A stretch of DNA of 64,000 nucleotides. Source: Candidatus Woesearchaeota archaeon B3_Woes (GTDB lineage: Archaea > Nanobdellota > Nanobdellia > Woesearchaeales > B3-WOES). The stretch covers positions 737,533 through 801,532 of the forward strand of contig NJBG01000001.1 of the NCBI GenBank assembly GCA_005222965.1. Reading direction: 5' to 3'. The notes under the pieces were generated by a model that was not told the origin of the DNA, ran no database searches, and saw only the letters and a list, made by a program, of their open reading frames with translations. Shown here in pieces: positions 48,656-58,986 of the stretch; position 1 is the stretch's first letter; each line of letters starts with the position of its first letter. The position numbers were made by a program, and so were the translations under genes.

Positions 48656-49555
48656 ATGTACGACCTAATAATTATAGGAGGAGGACCAGCAGGTTTAAGT
48701 GCAGCCGTCTATGCTGCTAGATTTAATCTAAAAGCAATTGTAATTTCCGAACTTATTGGAGGCTATATGATGGAAAGCCCTCAGATATGTAACTATCCTA
48801 GTTATACTATAATAAATGGCGTAGAACTAACAAATAATATGAAAGAACAAGTAAAATCACTAAACATAGAGATGATTGAAGAAGAAGTTGTAAAAGTAGA
48901 AAAAACAAAAGAAAAAGAATTTTTAGTAAAAACAAAATCAAATAAAGAATTTAAATCAAAAACAATCTTATTAGCTGTAGGAACAAAAAAAAGAAAACTA
49001 AATATCAAAGGCGAAGAGGATTTTGCTGGAAAAGGAATTAGCTATTGTGCAACATGTGATGGTCCTTTATTCAAAGATAAGATAGTTGCAGTTGTAGGAG
49101 GATCAAACTCAGCAGCAGTTTCTGCTTTACTACTATCACAATTTGCAAAAGAAGTACACATATTCTACAGAAAACAAAAATTAAGAGCAGATCCTTACTG
49201 GACAGAAAAAATAGACAAAGCCAAAAACATCAAAGTTCATTATAATATGGTTCTTGAAGAAATAAAAGGAGAAAAAATAGTAAAAAAAATAAAAACAGAT
49301 GATGGAAAAGAGATGGAAGTTGGAGGGGTCTTTATTGAAATAGGAAGTATACCTTCAACAGCCCTTCCAAAAAGCCTAGGAGTTAAACTAGACGATAAAG
49401 ATTGTATAATTGTAGATAAAACTCAAAAAACAAATATTGATGGAATATATGCTGCAGGAGATATAACAACAGGCAGCAATAAAATGAGACAAATAGTAAC
49501 AGCTTGCGCAGAAGGGGCTGTTGCTGCTGAAAGCACTTACAATAGTCTAAAATGA
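48656..49555 (+). CDS. trxB: Thioredoxin reductase
   Basis: GGGPAG, YCATCDG, GGSNSA, AAGD. Confidence 0.93.
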   Translation: MYDLIIIGGGPAGLSAAVYAARFNLKAIVISELIGGYMMESPQICNYPSYTIINGVELTNNMKEQVKSLNIEMIEEEVVKVEKTKEKEFLVKTKSNKEFKSKTILLAVGTKKRKLNIKGEEDFAGKGISYCATCDGPLFKDKIVAVVGGSNSAAVSALLLSQFAKEVHIFYRKQKLRADPYWTEKIDKAKNIKVHYNMVLEEIKGEKIVKKIKTDDGKEMEVGGVFIEIGSIPSTALPKSLGVKLDDKDCIIVDKTQKTNIDGIYAAGDITTGSNKMRQIVTACAEGAVAAESTYNSLK

Positions 49556-49731
49556 TAGAAGATTTTCAGAAAAAACTAGAAGAAAATCTAAAAAAAGGCT
49601 TGGAAATAGAAAAAATAGTTTCTATCATAAAAAGATGCCCTCAATGTCATAATCTAACTTTAGAATTTGATTCACAAAACAACAAAATCATATGCACCAA
49701 GTGCGGTTTTACACAAGATATAATGAGGTGA
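49552..49731 (+). CDS. Small TFIIB-type zinc-ribbon protein (59 aa)
   Basis: Manual translation: RCPQCHN...IICTKCGF; ATGA overlap with trxB. Confidence 0.75.
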   Translation: MIEDFQKKLEENLKKGLEIEKIVSIIKRCPQCHNLTLEFDSQNNKIICTKCGFTQDIMR

Positions 49732-49737
49732 TTATTT

Positions 49738-50268
49738 ATGCCAGTAATACATAAAAACCAGAGAGTTGGAGTTTTTGTAGATGTACAAAACCTCTACTAT
49801 TCTGCAAAAAACCTATACAAATCAAAAGTCAATTATAAAGAAATACTAAAAGAAGCAATTAATACAAGACAACTGATAAGAGCATTTGCATACGTTATAA
49901 AGGCAGATGTTAAAGATGAATCTAATTTTTTTGATGCATTATCAAATATAGGATATGAAGTAAGGGCAAAAGATTTACAAATCTTCTATGGAGGACATAA
50001 AAAAGGTGACTGGGATGTAGGTATTGCAATGGATATTGTAAAACTTGCACCAAAATTAGATGTAATCGTTATAGTTAGTGGAGATGGAGATTATGTTCCT
50101 TTGGTACATTATGCACAATCTGCGGGTTGTAGAGTTGAGGCAATGGCTTTTGGAAAAAGCTCTTCATCAATGCTAAGAGAAGCAGCTGATAATTTCGTTG
50201 ATCTGGAAAAACAATCAAAACGGTTTTTAATAACAACTAAAACCAAAAAACCAACAACCAAAAAGTAA
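49738..50268 (+). CDS. NYN domain (LabA/DUF88) protein
   Basis: VFVDVQNL, KKGDWDV, VSGDGDY. Confidence 0.92.
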   Translation: MPVIHKNQRVGVFVDVQNLYYSAKNLYKSKVNYKEILKEAINTRQLIRAFAYVIKADVKDESNFFDALSNIGYEVRAKDLQIFYGGHKKGDWDVGIAMDIVKLAPKLDVIVIVSGDGDYVPLVHYAQSAGCRVEAMAFGKSSSSMLREAADNFVDLEKQSKRFLITTKTKKPTTKK

Positions 50269-50308
50269 TCTTTATATACTTATTTTTGGTTAATTCACAC
50301 ACAAGGGG

Positions 50309-50587
50309 GTGATTATAATAAAAAAATCAACAATTATACTATTCATAATAACATTACTGGTTCTAATTGGATGTGATAATCAAGAAATACCTCAGGAATT
50401 AAGATGTACAACTAATGCTGAATGTGTACCTTCATCTTGTTGTCATTCAACATCATGCATCAATGAGAAATTTAAACAAGACTGTAACGGGATTAGATGC
50501 ACAATGGAATGTGCTCCTGGAACAATGGATTGCGGACAAGGAAGTTGTGCTTGTCAAAATAACAAGTGCGAGGCAGTTATTAATTAA
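50309..50587 (+). CDS. Small Cys-rich lipoprotein
   Basis: LIGC lipobox; multiple Cys. Confidence 0.7.
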   Translation: MIIIKKSTIILFIITLLVLIGCDNQEIPQELRCTTNAECVPSSCCHSTSCINEKFKQDCNGIRCTMECAPGTMDCGQGSCACQNNKCEAVIN

Positions 50588-50595
50588 AGAATAAA

Positions 50596-53500
50596 ATGAT
50601 AAAAAAGAGGGTTGTTTTTTTACTAATAATTTTTTTACTAATATCTTTAGTTATAGCTGTTAATGCAGCAAATAACAGAAATGTAAAAATAAGTTCAGAA
50701 GTTCAACAAACACTAGAAACTCAAAAAAATGTTAAGGTTTTTATTAAATTAAAAGAACAAAATAATAATTTAAGATCTATTAAAAACGAAATAGAAGACC
50801 AAATAGGGGAACAAAATGTTAAACATAAATTTAAAAATAAGATTTCTGCTGTTATCTCAGAAAAAGATCTAGAAAAATTACAAAATAATAACCAAATCGA
50901 AAGTATAAGATTAATAGGAACAAGAAATGTTGCTCTTGAAGATTCTCTTCCTTTAATAAAAGCAACAAATACACATTCTTTACAATTTAATAGCATAAAT
51001 CTTACTGGAAAAGGCCAAACAATCTGTATAATTGACAGCGGTGTTAATTATTCTCATTCAGATTTAGGAGGATGCTACGGCAACAATACAAATTTTTCAT
51101 GTAAAATCATTGGAGGGATTGATTATTGTTCAGATGATGTTACTTGTAATCCTGGTTTTGAAGATGATAATCCAATGGATGTAAATGGGCATGGAACCCA
51201 TGTATCTGGAATTGTTGCCGCAAACGGCTCAATAAAAGGCGTTGCCCCAGAAGCAAAAATAATTATGATTAAGGCAAGCAACTCAAGCGGAACTTTTTGG
51301 GATGATGATTTAATAGCAGCAATTGAATGGTGTACTGACAATTCATCAACCTTTAATATATCAGTTATAAGTATGAGTTTAGGTGGAGGAGCTGAATCTA
51401 GTTATTGTAATGGAGATTCTCTGGCACCTTATATAAATGCAGCTGTTGCAAAAAACATATCAGTTGTAGTAGCAACAGGAAATGAGTATAACACCACACA
51501 TATAAGTGGTCCTGCTTGTGTTCAAAATGCTACACCAGTTGGCTCAACAACAAAATCAGATACAATGTCATCTTTCTCAAACCGTAATAATATAACACAA
51601 CTAGTTGCACCAGGAGGAACTTTATCTAATTCTGGAGCATGTTCTCCAGGAACTATGGACTCAAATAGAATATGTTCAACATGGAAGGACGGAAGCTATT
51701 TAGCTATTTCAGGAACATCTATGGCAACACCCCATGTAGCAGGAGCAGTAGCTTTACTACAACAATTTTACAAACTACAAAATAAACCACCATTAACAAC
51801 AGAACAAATTGAAACCACCCTAAATAATACAGGCACAATTATTAATGATTCAGGAGGATCTGGACTTATTTTTAGAAGAATAAACACATATGCTGCAATA
51901 CAATCTCTTGACGAAACACCACCATCAATAACCTTTGTATCTCCTACACCTATAAACTATACAAACACAACAAACGGATCTATGGAAATAAATGTCTCAA
52001 TCATAGATCAAATCAATAATATTAGTTCTTGCTGGTTTGAATGGAACTACACAACTAACATAACTATGAATCAATCAAGTAGTGGAACATCTGTAACTTG
52101 TTATCTGAATAAATCATTTACAGAACAAGGTGTTTTTGATTATAGAGTATATGCAAACGATTCTCAAAACAATGTAAATGTTTCTGAAACAAGACAAATA
52201 AATGTTAGCAATGCTCAACCAAATGTAACCATCAATTCTCCTATTGACAATTATAACTCTTCTTCAAACACAATAATATTTAATTGTACAGCAAGTGATG
52301 CTCTTAATCTAACCAATATAACATTGTATCATAATTCAAGCGGATGGACAGCAAACACAACAAACACATCTGGAATAAATACAAACTACTTATTCACTCA
52401 AAATTTTACAGAAGGAATTTATATATGGAACTGTTATGCCTGCGATAATTATAATAGTTGCAGTTTTGCAACTTCTAACAGAACATTTACAATTGATACA
52501 ACTTTCCCTTATTTTAATCCATTACCAACAAACCAGGAAATTAATTACAGCCAACAATTCGGATACGATATAAATGCCACAGATAACAATGCCTTTACCT
52601 ATTCTGTTAATGATACTACAAACTTTGCAATTAATCAAAGCGGTTATATTACAAACAACACTTTATTAGATGTAATAACATACAGTTTAAATATAACAAT
52701 AAATGATACAGCAGGAAATGAAAACTCAACTATAATATCAATTACAGTTAAATTAAACAAAACATCTAATATAACAGCAAACACATCAACAGATATTGAT
52801 TTATCTCAGGCAGATTCAAACATAACATTATTCCTTTCAAATAATGTTACAACAACAATTACAGTATCTAAAAAAGCACCAAACGCTTCAGGAACAACAT
52901 CTAGCCTAAGTTCATTAAAAGGAATCAACATAACAGTAAACTCAGCCACAAGCGGAAACCTAACTTGGGCACTAATTAAAATTTATTATAATTCTACTGA
53001 AATAACCTCTGCAAATATTGACGAATCTACTCTAAAAATATATTATTATAACAGTACAGCAGGAGACTGGCAACTTGAATCAGATCAAGGAGTAGATACA
53101 ATAAATAATTATGTGTGGGCAAATGTAACTCATTTTAGTTTATTTGGAGCATTTGGAAGCGCACCATCCGACCCACCATGTAGTGGATGTGGTGGAAGTG
53201 GAGGAGGTGGTGGAGGAAGCTCTATCACTACTGAAACAATAGTTTTAACTAGATATGGAATAACGCATACAGAATTAAGAAGAAACACACAACTTATTTT
53301 TACTTCTAAAGACCAAGAATACACTCTAACTATCAAAAAAGTAGAGAGAGATAAAGTTGAATTTGTATTTACTATAGATCCAATTAAATTTACCTTGAAT
53401 ATAGAAGAAGAAAAAACAATTGATCTTAATTCAGATGAAAAAATCTATATTAAACTAGAAAACATAAAAAACAGAAAAGCAGATATTACACTAAGAAAGA

Positions 53501-53733
53501 TTGTTAAAATACAACTATTACCTATAATAAATCTCACAAAACCTAAAGAAGAAACAAAAACAGAAGAATCACTAATCACAACAGAAGAAATAACAGAACA
53601 AATTGTAGAACCAGAAAAATCAGTTAAAAAACAAATAATCGGCATGGCTATAACAACAATTATTGTAGTTATAGGCCTTGCGTCCTTCTTCTTTTTCAAG
53701 AAATCTAAGAAAAATAAATTCAGATTACCATAA
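50596..53733 (+). CDS. S8 subtilisin-like surface protease with Ig-like domains and C-terminal TM anchor
   Basis: IIDSG, HGTHVSG, GTSMATPHV triad; VTHFS; TM plus basic tail. Confidence 0.93.
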   Translation: MIKKRVVFLLIIFLLISLVIAVNAANNRNVKISSEVQQTLETQKNVKVFIKLKEQNNNLRSIKNEIEDQIGEQNVKHKFKNKISAVISEKDLEKLQNNNQIESIRLIGTRNVALEDSLPLIKATNTHSLQFNSINLTGKGQTICIIDSGVNYSHSDLGGCYGNNTNFSCKIIGGIDYCSDDVTCNPGFEDDNPMDVNGHGTHVSGIVAANGSIKGVAPEAKIIMIKASNSSGTFWDDDLIAAIEWCTDNSSTFNISVISMSLGGGAESSYCNGDSLAPYINAAVAKNISVVVATGNEYNTTHISGPACVQNATPVGSTTKSDTMSSFSNRNNITQLVAPGGTLSNSGACSPGTMDSNRICSTWKDGSYLAISGTSMATPHVAGAVALLQQFYKLQNKPPLTTEQIETTLNNTGTIINDSGGSGLIFRRINTYAAIQSLDETPPSITFVSPTPINYTNTTNGSMEINVSIIDQINNISSCWFEWNYTTNITMNQSSSGTSVTCYLNKSFTEQGVFDYRVYANDSQNNVNVSETRQINVSNAQPNVTINSPIDNYNSSSNTIIFNCTASDALNLTNITLYHNSSGWTANTTNTSGINTNYLFTQNFTEGIYIWNCYACDNYNSCSFATSNRTFTIDTTFPYFNPLPTNQEINYSQQFGYDINATDNNAFTYSVNDTTNFAINQSGYITNNTLLDVITYSLNITINDTAGNENSTIISITVKLNKTSNITANTSTDIDLSQADSNITLFLSNNVTTTITVSKKAPNASGTTSSLSSLKGINITVNSATSGNLTWALIKIYYNSTEITSANIDESTLKIYYYNSTAGDWQLESDQGVDTINNYVWANVTHFSLFGAFGSAPSDPPCSGCGGSGGGGGGSSITTETIVLTRYGITHTELRRNTQLIFTSKDQEYTLTIKKVERDKVEFVFTIDPIKFTLNIEEEKTIDLNSDEKIYIKLENIKNRKADITLRKIVKIQLLPIINLTKPKEETKTEESLITTEEITEQIVEPEKSVKKQIIGMAITTIIVVIGLASFFFFKKSKKNKFRLP

Positions 53734-53775
53734 AAATAAAAAAGCTTTTTAAAACAACTAATCTTCTCTAAAACT

Positions 53776-54435
53776 ATGCTACTTAAAGAAATAAAAAAAG
53801 ATATTTCTAAAGAAATTTATGAAGTCCTAAAAAAAGATATAAAAGAACTAAGACCTAGCCAATCTAAATCAATCAAAGCAGGCTTATTTCAAAATAAAAA
53901 CCTATTAGTCTGTACACCAACTGCTTCTGGAAAGACGCTTATAGCAGAATTAGCACTAACCAACAACATAAAAAAAGGAAAAGCAATCTATATTGTACCA
54001 CTAAAAGCACTGGCAAATGAAAAATTTAAGGATTTTAAAAAGAGATATGATCATTTGTTTAATATTGCTCTATCAATAGGAAACCTGGATTCAGCAGACC
54101 CCTACTTAGAAAATTATGATTTAATAATATGCACTGCTGAAAAACTCGATTCATTAATACGGCATCATTGCCCTTGGTTAAATAATGTTAAAACAGTTAT
54201 TGTTGATGAAGTTCATTTATTAAATGACATAGGAAGAGGACCAACTCTAGAAATCTTATTAACAATATTAAAAAAAATACTATCAGACATACAAATTATT
54301 GCACTATCCGCTACAATAGGAAACCCAAAAGAACTTGCAGAATGGCTAGACGCAGAATTAATAATAGATAATTGGAGACCTGTTAAACTAAAAAAAGGAG
54401 TATACCACAAAGGAAAAATAGAATTTAAAGAGTAA
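53776..54435 (+). CDS. Ski2/Hel308-like helicase, N-terminal RecA domain only
   Basis: PTASGKT, VPLKALA, DEVH, SAT, WRPV then stop. Confidence 0.85.
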   Translation: MLLKEIKKDISKEIYEVLKKDIKELRPSQSKSIKAGLFQNKNLLVCTPTASGKTLIAELALTNNIKKGKAIYIVPLKALANEKFKDFKKRYDHLFNIALSIGNLDSADPYLENYDLIICTAEKLDSLIRHHCPWLNNVKTVIVDEVHLLNDIGRGPTLEILLTILKKILSDIQIIALSATIGNPKELAEWLDAELIIDNWRPVKLKKGVYHKGKIEFKE

Positions 54436-54468
54436 ACTATAAATATATAAATAGCTTTTTAAAATGAA

Positions 54469-54855
54469 ATGGAAGCAGAAGATTACTTTAAAGGAACTAA
54501 AGTTTATGTATGGCGTAAGGATTTTGCTATAATTAAATCCAACAAAACTAATCCTAATGCTTTTGCAAATATTGTTGATAAAAAAGAAACAACAGTTATT
54601 ATTGAAGAAGGCAAATATAATAATGAAGATATTATAGAAATAGAAAAAGGTTGGAAAATACTAACATTTGATATCGAACTTCCATTTTCTCTAACTGATT
54701 TTCTAGCAAAAATTTCAAATACTTTAGCACAAGAAAAAATAAGTATATTCGTTGTTTCAACTTATTCTACTGATCATATTTTAATTAAAAAACAAGATTT
54801 ACAAAAGGCTGAAGAAAAACTTAAAAATCTTGGTTTTATAATAGAAGAAAAATAA
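54469..54855 (+). CDS. ACT-domain protein (CASTOR/ACT_7-like)
   Basis: ISIFVVSTYSTDHILIK. Confidence 0.8.
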   Translation: MEAEDYFKGTKVYVWRKDFAIIKSNKTNPNAFANIVDKKETTVIIEEGKYNNEDIIEIEKGWKILTFDIELPFSLTDFLAKISNTLAQEKISIFVVSTYSTDHILIKKQDLQKAEEKLKNLGFIIEEK

Positions 54856-54856
54856 G

Positions 54857-55132
54857 TTACAGTCCGAAACTATCAGAGAACTCTTTAATTCTTTCAAATT
54901 CTAATAAGAACTCATAACCTTTATCAGTTATTGCAAATACTTTTTTATCTTTTTTCATCTGCTCTTCAACCATCTCTTTTTCAATTAACTCAGTAAGATA
55001 AACTTTCATTTTAGAATGAGATAAATTGGATTTGTACAACAAATGAGTTGGCTTTATTTGGCCGCCTTTATTTTTTATTGAATTAAGCATGTCATTGATG
55101 ATTTCTAATTTTCCTCTTCTTTTTTCACTCAT
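54857..55132 (-). CDS. Archaeal winged-helix regulator
   Basis: RRGKLEII, THLLYKSNLS, ITDKG. Confidence 0.85.
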   Translation of the reverse strand: MSEKRRGKLEIINDMLNSIKNKGGQIKPTHLLYKSNLSHSKMKVYLTELIEKEMVEEQMKKDKKVFAITDKGYEFLLEFERIKEFSDSFGL

Positions 55133-55857
55133 TTTACAAGCTTAAAATTATTTGGTTTTTTTCTAAGTACAGATATAAAAGGCACAAGCAGAAATAAAAA
55201 CCCTAATAATTGAATCACCTCAGCTATTACATAAACTATTTCAAAATATATTACAAACACAAAAAAAGCATGGCTTATTAACAAAATAGCAAAAGCAATT
55301 GCAACCTTTTTTGCATTTTTAGATTTAACCTCTTTAACATTCTTAAAATAAGACAGAGTAATAAGACTAAGCATAGCAAATGTAGTAACATAAAATAATT
55401 GGTAATGAATAACACCCAACCAAGTAGCCACCAAAACAAAATACAGTAACATAGCAATAACTCTTTTATTATCCCATGTAAGCTTTGATACTATGAAAAA
55501 CAGTATCATAAATCCAAGAAGTGTCAAAAATATATACAATAAGAAAGCAACACCATTTATTTTACTTAAAGTTAAAGCACTAAATGTTGTTTGTACTGCC
55601 TGTCCTATTACAGATTCTCTAATTGGAGGAGTATATATAGCAAAAGTACCAGCTACTTTTGCAGCAAACGCCAAAGTTAATGAAAGAAAAGCAGTACTAA
55701 AATACAAATATCTATGCTCAGAAGTTAATTTATAACATTTATAGCTGTAATATACCAATAAACCACATACAACTATTCCAATTAACTCAATAATAGAATC
55801 AAACCCATAAAACCAGCTTGGGCTGAACACAAAAGATGGTAAACCATAAGGTAACAT
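55129..55857 (-). CDS. 7-TM membrane protein (possible sensor)
   Basis: About seven hydrophobic helices; ATGA-coupled to the wHTH gene. Confidence 0.75.
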   Translation of the reverse strand: MLPYGLPSFVFSPSWFYGFDSIIELIGIVVCGLLVYYSYKCYKLTSEHRYLYFSTAFLSLTLAFAAKVAGTFAIYTPPIRESVIGQAVQTTFSALTLSKINGVAFLLYIFLTLLGFMILFFIVSKLTWDNKRVIAMLLYFVLVATWLGVIHYQLFYVTTFAMLSLITLSYFKNVKEVKSKNAKKVAIAFAILLISHAFFVFVIYFEIVYVIAEVIQLLGFLFLLVPFISVLRKKPNNFKLVK

Positions 55858-55958
55858 GTGTAGAATATGTAAAAATCCCTTTATAAATTTTGTGTATTTT
55901 TGTTCTTTACTGACCCTTCATAATGGTTAATAAAGACCTATGTTATACTATACATAGA

Positions 55959-56049
55959 AAACACAACCCTCCGTGTGTTTGCTTTTAATTTTAGATAACA
56001 AAGAGCAAGTCAACCCAACACCTCCGGCTTGTTCTTTTAGTTCTTTTTT
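55959..56049 (+). ncRNA. Candidate small RNA with two CCUCC-loop hairpins
   Basis: Stems at 55959-55980 and 56000-56037, T-run after, TATA-like TTAATAAA at 55927. Confidence 0.35.
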
Positions 56050-56118
56050 AAGCTTCTTTTAATTCTAAACTTCTTTTATTTGAAAAAATTTATAAAGCAA
56101 TTAATATACTTTAAAATT

Positions 56119-56754
56119 ATGGTGGGGGATAATACAGAAAATTTAGAGCAAATTTTTAACTTACTAAATCAAGCTGGGAAATTAAAAACAACATTAAGAT
56201 TTAGTGAACTAGATGAGAATTCTTTAAGAGATTCTAGTGCTGAACATTCCTGGAGACTCGCTTTAATGGTTTTTGTTGTTGCAGATAAATTGAAATTAGC
56301 TATAAATGTTGAGCATGCATTAAAGCTTGCCATAATCCATGATATTGCAGAATCTATAACAGGAGATGTTGATTCAAGGCTTGTGTATGATGGTAAAATT
56401 ACAAAAGAGGAAAAAAAGAAAGCAGAAGAAAAAGCAATAAAAGAGATTAGTAAACTCTTCTATGGAAAAGAAATCTTTGATTTATGGAAAGAATATGAAG
56501 AAAGCTCTACAAAAGAATCAAGGTATATAAAAGCCCTTGATAAAATTGAAACATTAATCCATCTTATTGAAATGGGTATGAAAATAGGCCCAAAAGTTTA
56601 TGATATTCCTGAAATGATAACTCACTATGCTGATAAATCAGTTAATAACTTTCCAGAACTTACAAGCATGTTAAAAATAGTTAAAAATAAACTAAAGAAA
56701 GAATTTCAAAAAAACAACATCCCTTGGAAAGAAGAATATGATAAATTAATTTAA
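56119..56754 (+). CDS. HD-domain phosphohydrolase (YfbR/HDDC2-like)
   Basis: SAEHSW, IIHDIAESITGD, ALDKIE; start refined to ATG 56119. Confidence 0.9.
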   Translation: MVGDNTENLEQIFNLLNQAGKLKTTLRFSELDENSLRDSSAEHSWRLALMVFVVADKLKLAINVEHALKLAIIHDIAESITGDVDSRLVYDGKITKEEKKKAEEKAIKEISKLFYGKEIFDLWKEYEESSTKESRYIKALDKIETLIHLIEMGMKIGPKVYDIPEMITHYADKSVNNFPELTSMLKIVKNKLKKEFQKNNIPWKEEYDKLI

Positions 56755-56769
56755 GTCATCCTATATAAA

Positions 56770-58851
56770 CTAATTATCAATAATTTTACTAACCTGATCT
56801 TCTTTAACAACTCTTATTATATTATCAACAAACCCTTCTATTTTACTTTCATGACTTACAATAATTGTCTGATTTAGATTTAATTGATCTATTACATCCC
56901 TAACCCTGTCTAACTGTTCTGTTGAAAAACCATCAGTAGGCTCATCTAATATGATTAAATCCTTCATTTTAATATTCGTTATTAAGTCATTAATAACTTT
57001 ATTTAGTCCTAATCTATAAGCCAAAGCCAAGCTTGTTCTTTCCCCACCACTCAAACTATTAAAATCAACATCATGCCCATCCTGATCAATTAAAGGAGTA
57101 AAAGAATCATCTAATCTGGCATTTAATATCTCATCCTCAATAAGTAAATTAAACCAATCTTTAAACAATTCATTAAATTCCTGATGAATTATTATCATAA
57201 CATGCTTTTCTATTGTTGTAACTAAATTAACAAAATGTTTATTAAGCCAGTTATGTTTTTCTTTTAAATTCTTCATTCTATCTTTTACTTCCAATTTTTT
57301 ATTTATCTCTTCTTCTAAACTCAATAAGAAATTAGACATTGTCTCTTTCTCACTTGTTAACTTCTCTTTCTTCAGTTTAATATCCATCTCAACTCTATTT
57401 AACTCATCATACTCTTTTTTAATTATATTATAACTCTCCTCATTATCTTTCAAACCTTCAACTTTTCCCTTTAAATCCTTTATATCATTTTGTACTTCCA
57501 ATAATCCTTTCTCTATATTTTCATTATCTTTCTTTAATCTCTCAACTGTTTTTGTCTTTTCTTCAGCATGAACCAATTTTAATTTTATCAAAGAAATTTC
57601 TGATTCTTTTTTTCTTATCTTTTCCAAACCTTCTTTTAACATACTAATTTCCTTTTCTAATTCATCTTTCTTAGAATTATTATTCTTTATCTTTTGCTCA
57701 ATATAAATAACATTTTCATCCTCTCTTCCAGATATAAACATCTTATGATCATTACTAACCTCTTGTAAACAAGTAGGGCATTCACTTATTTTGTTTATCT
57801 TCTCCTTTAATTTATCAGAAGTTTGCTTTTCAACCTCTAAAGAAACAATATCTTTCTTTATTCCATCTAATCGATTTTCTATAACACTTATATTTTCCTG
57901 CCTTTTAGTAATATCCTTTTTCAAAATTTCTACATCTAAAACTTGCTTGTCCTTAACCTCCTCTTTTGTTTTTTTAATCTCTTCCTCTGTTTTAATTATT
58001 TCTTCTTTGTTTCTTTTCAACTGATCTTGATTATTGTTTAAATTTACTTCATTCACACTTAACTTTTCTTTTAGACTATTCAAATCCTTAATATTCTTTT
58101 CAATAGACTCTATCTCTGATTTTTTTAACTTTAGTTTTTCATTTGCATCATCTAAACTAGGCAGCAACTCTTTGATTTTTTCATCAATCTCTCTTATTTC
58201 CTGTTTTCTCTGTTTTCTACCATCTTGCTTTTCATCCAAATCTTCTATTTGACCTTGAAATACGTTTATTTTTTCCTTCAAACCCTTAGAAATTATTAAT
58301 GTATTTTCTCTTATCCTTTTGTACTTTTCAATCCCAAAAACACGTCTTAAAGTATCTAATCTTGATTCAACATCACTAGCCAATATTTGTTTCATCTGTT
58401 CTTGGGGAGTATATACAGTGTATCTATAAATCAAATCCTTGCTTTTAGAAACAAGATCACTTGGATAACCTAATAATTCCAAAATTTGTGTTTTTAATTC
58501 AACAGCAGTCGCCTCTTTTTTCACACCATCAACTATTATATAACCTGTATCCTGTTTTACATCATCTTTTCCTCTTTTAAGATTCCTTTTAATTATAACA
58601 TCTTTATTATCTATCATAAAATTTAATTCAACAGAACCTTGTTTTCTTCCATGTCTTAATAAAACACTTCCACTCAAATCTTTTCTTTTAAGACCAAACA
58701 AAGCAAATTCAATTGCAGATAAAACAGTTGACTTACCAGAACCAATATCTCCGCTTAATAAAACACTTTTTTCAGGAAATTCAATAGATTGATTAGTGTA
58801 ACTTCTTATATTGTCCAATTTTACTGATTTTATTAACATTTTGCCCCTCAA
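56770..58851 (-). CDS. rad50: Rad50/SbcC-like SMC ATPase
   Basis: GDIGSGKST, coiled coil with CPTC zinc hook, LSGGE, LDEPT. Confidence 0.9.
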   Translation of the reverse strand: MRGKMLIKSVKLDNIRSYTNQSIEFPEKSVLLSGDIGSGKSTVLSAIEFALFGLKRKDLSGSVLLRHGRKQGSVELNFMIDNKDVIIKRNLKRGKDDVKQDTGYIIVDGVKKEATAVELKTQILELLGYPSDLVSKSKDLIYRYTVYTPQEQMKQILASDVESRLDTLRRVFGIEKYKRIRENTLIISKGLKEKINVFQGQIEDLDEKQDGRKQRKQEIREIDEKIKELLPSLDDANEKLKLKKSEIESIEKNIKDLNSLKEKLSVNEVNLNNNQDQLKRNKEEIIKTEEEIKKTKEEVKDKQVLDVEILKKDITKRQENISVIENRLDGIKKDIVSLEVEKQTSDKLKEKINKISECPTCLQEVSNDHKMFISGREDENVIYIEQKIKNNNSKKDELEKEISMLKEGLEKIRKKESEISLIKLKLVHAEEKTKTVERLKKDNENIEKGLLEVQNDIKDLKGKVEGLKDNEESYNIIKKEYDELNRVEMDIKLKKEKLTSEKETMSNFLLSLEEEINKKLEVKDRMKNLKEKHNWLNKHFVNLVTTIEKHVMIIIHQEFNELFKDWFNLLIEDEILNARLDDSFTPLIDQDGHDVDFNSLSGGERTSLALAYRLGLNKVINDLITNIKMKDLIILDEPTDGFSTEQLDRVRDVIDQLNLNQTIIVSHESKIEGFVDNIIRVVKEDQVSKIIDN

Positions 58852-58986
58852 TTTAGATATAATTTATCAACATTTTTAAAGATTTATGTACTCTAAACAT
58901 AAAGTTGTTGTCCCTAACTCACGACGATAAAACCACAGAAAAATATATAAACGCAAATGAAATTGGGTTGTTTAAGGTGTTAATTA

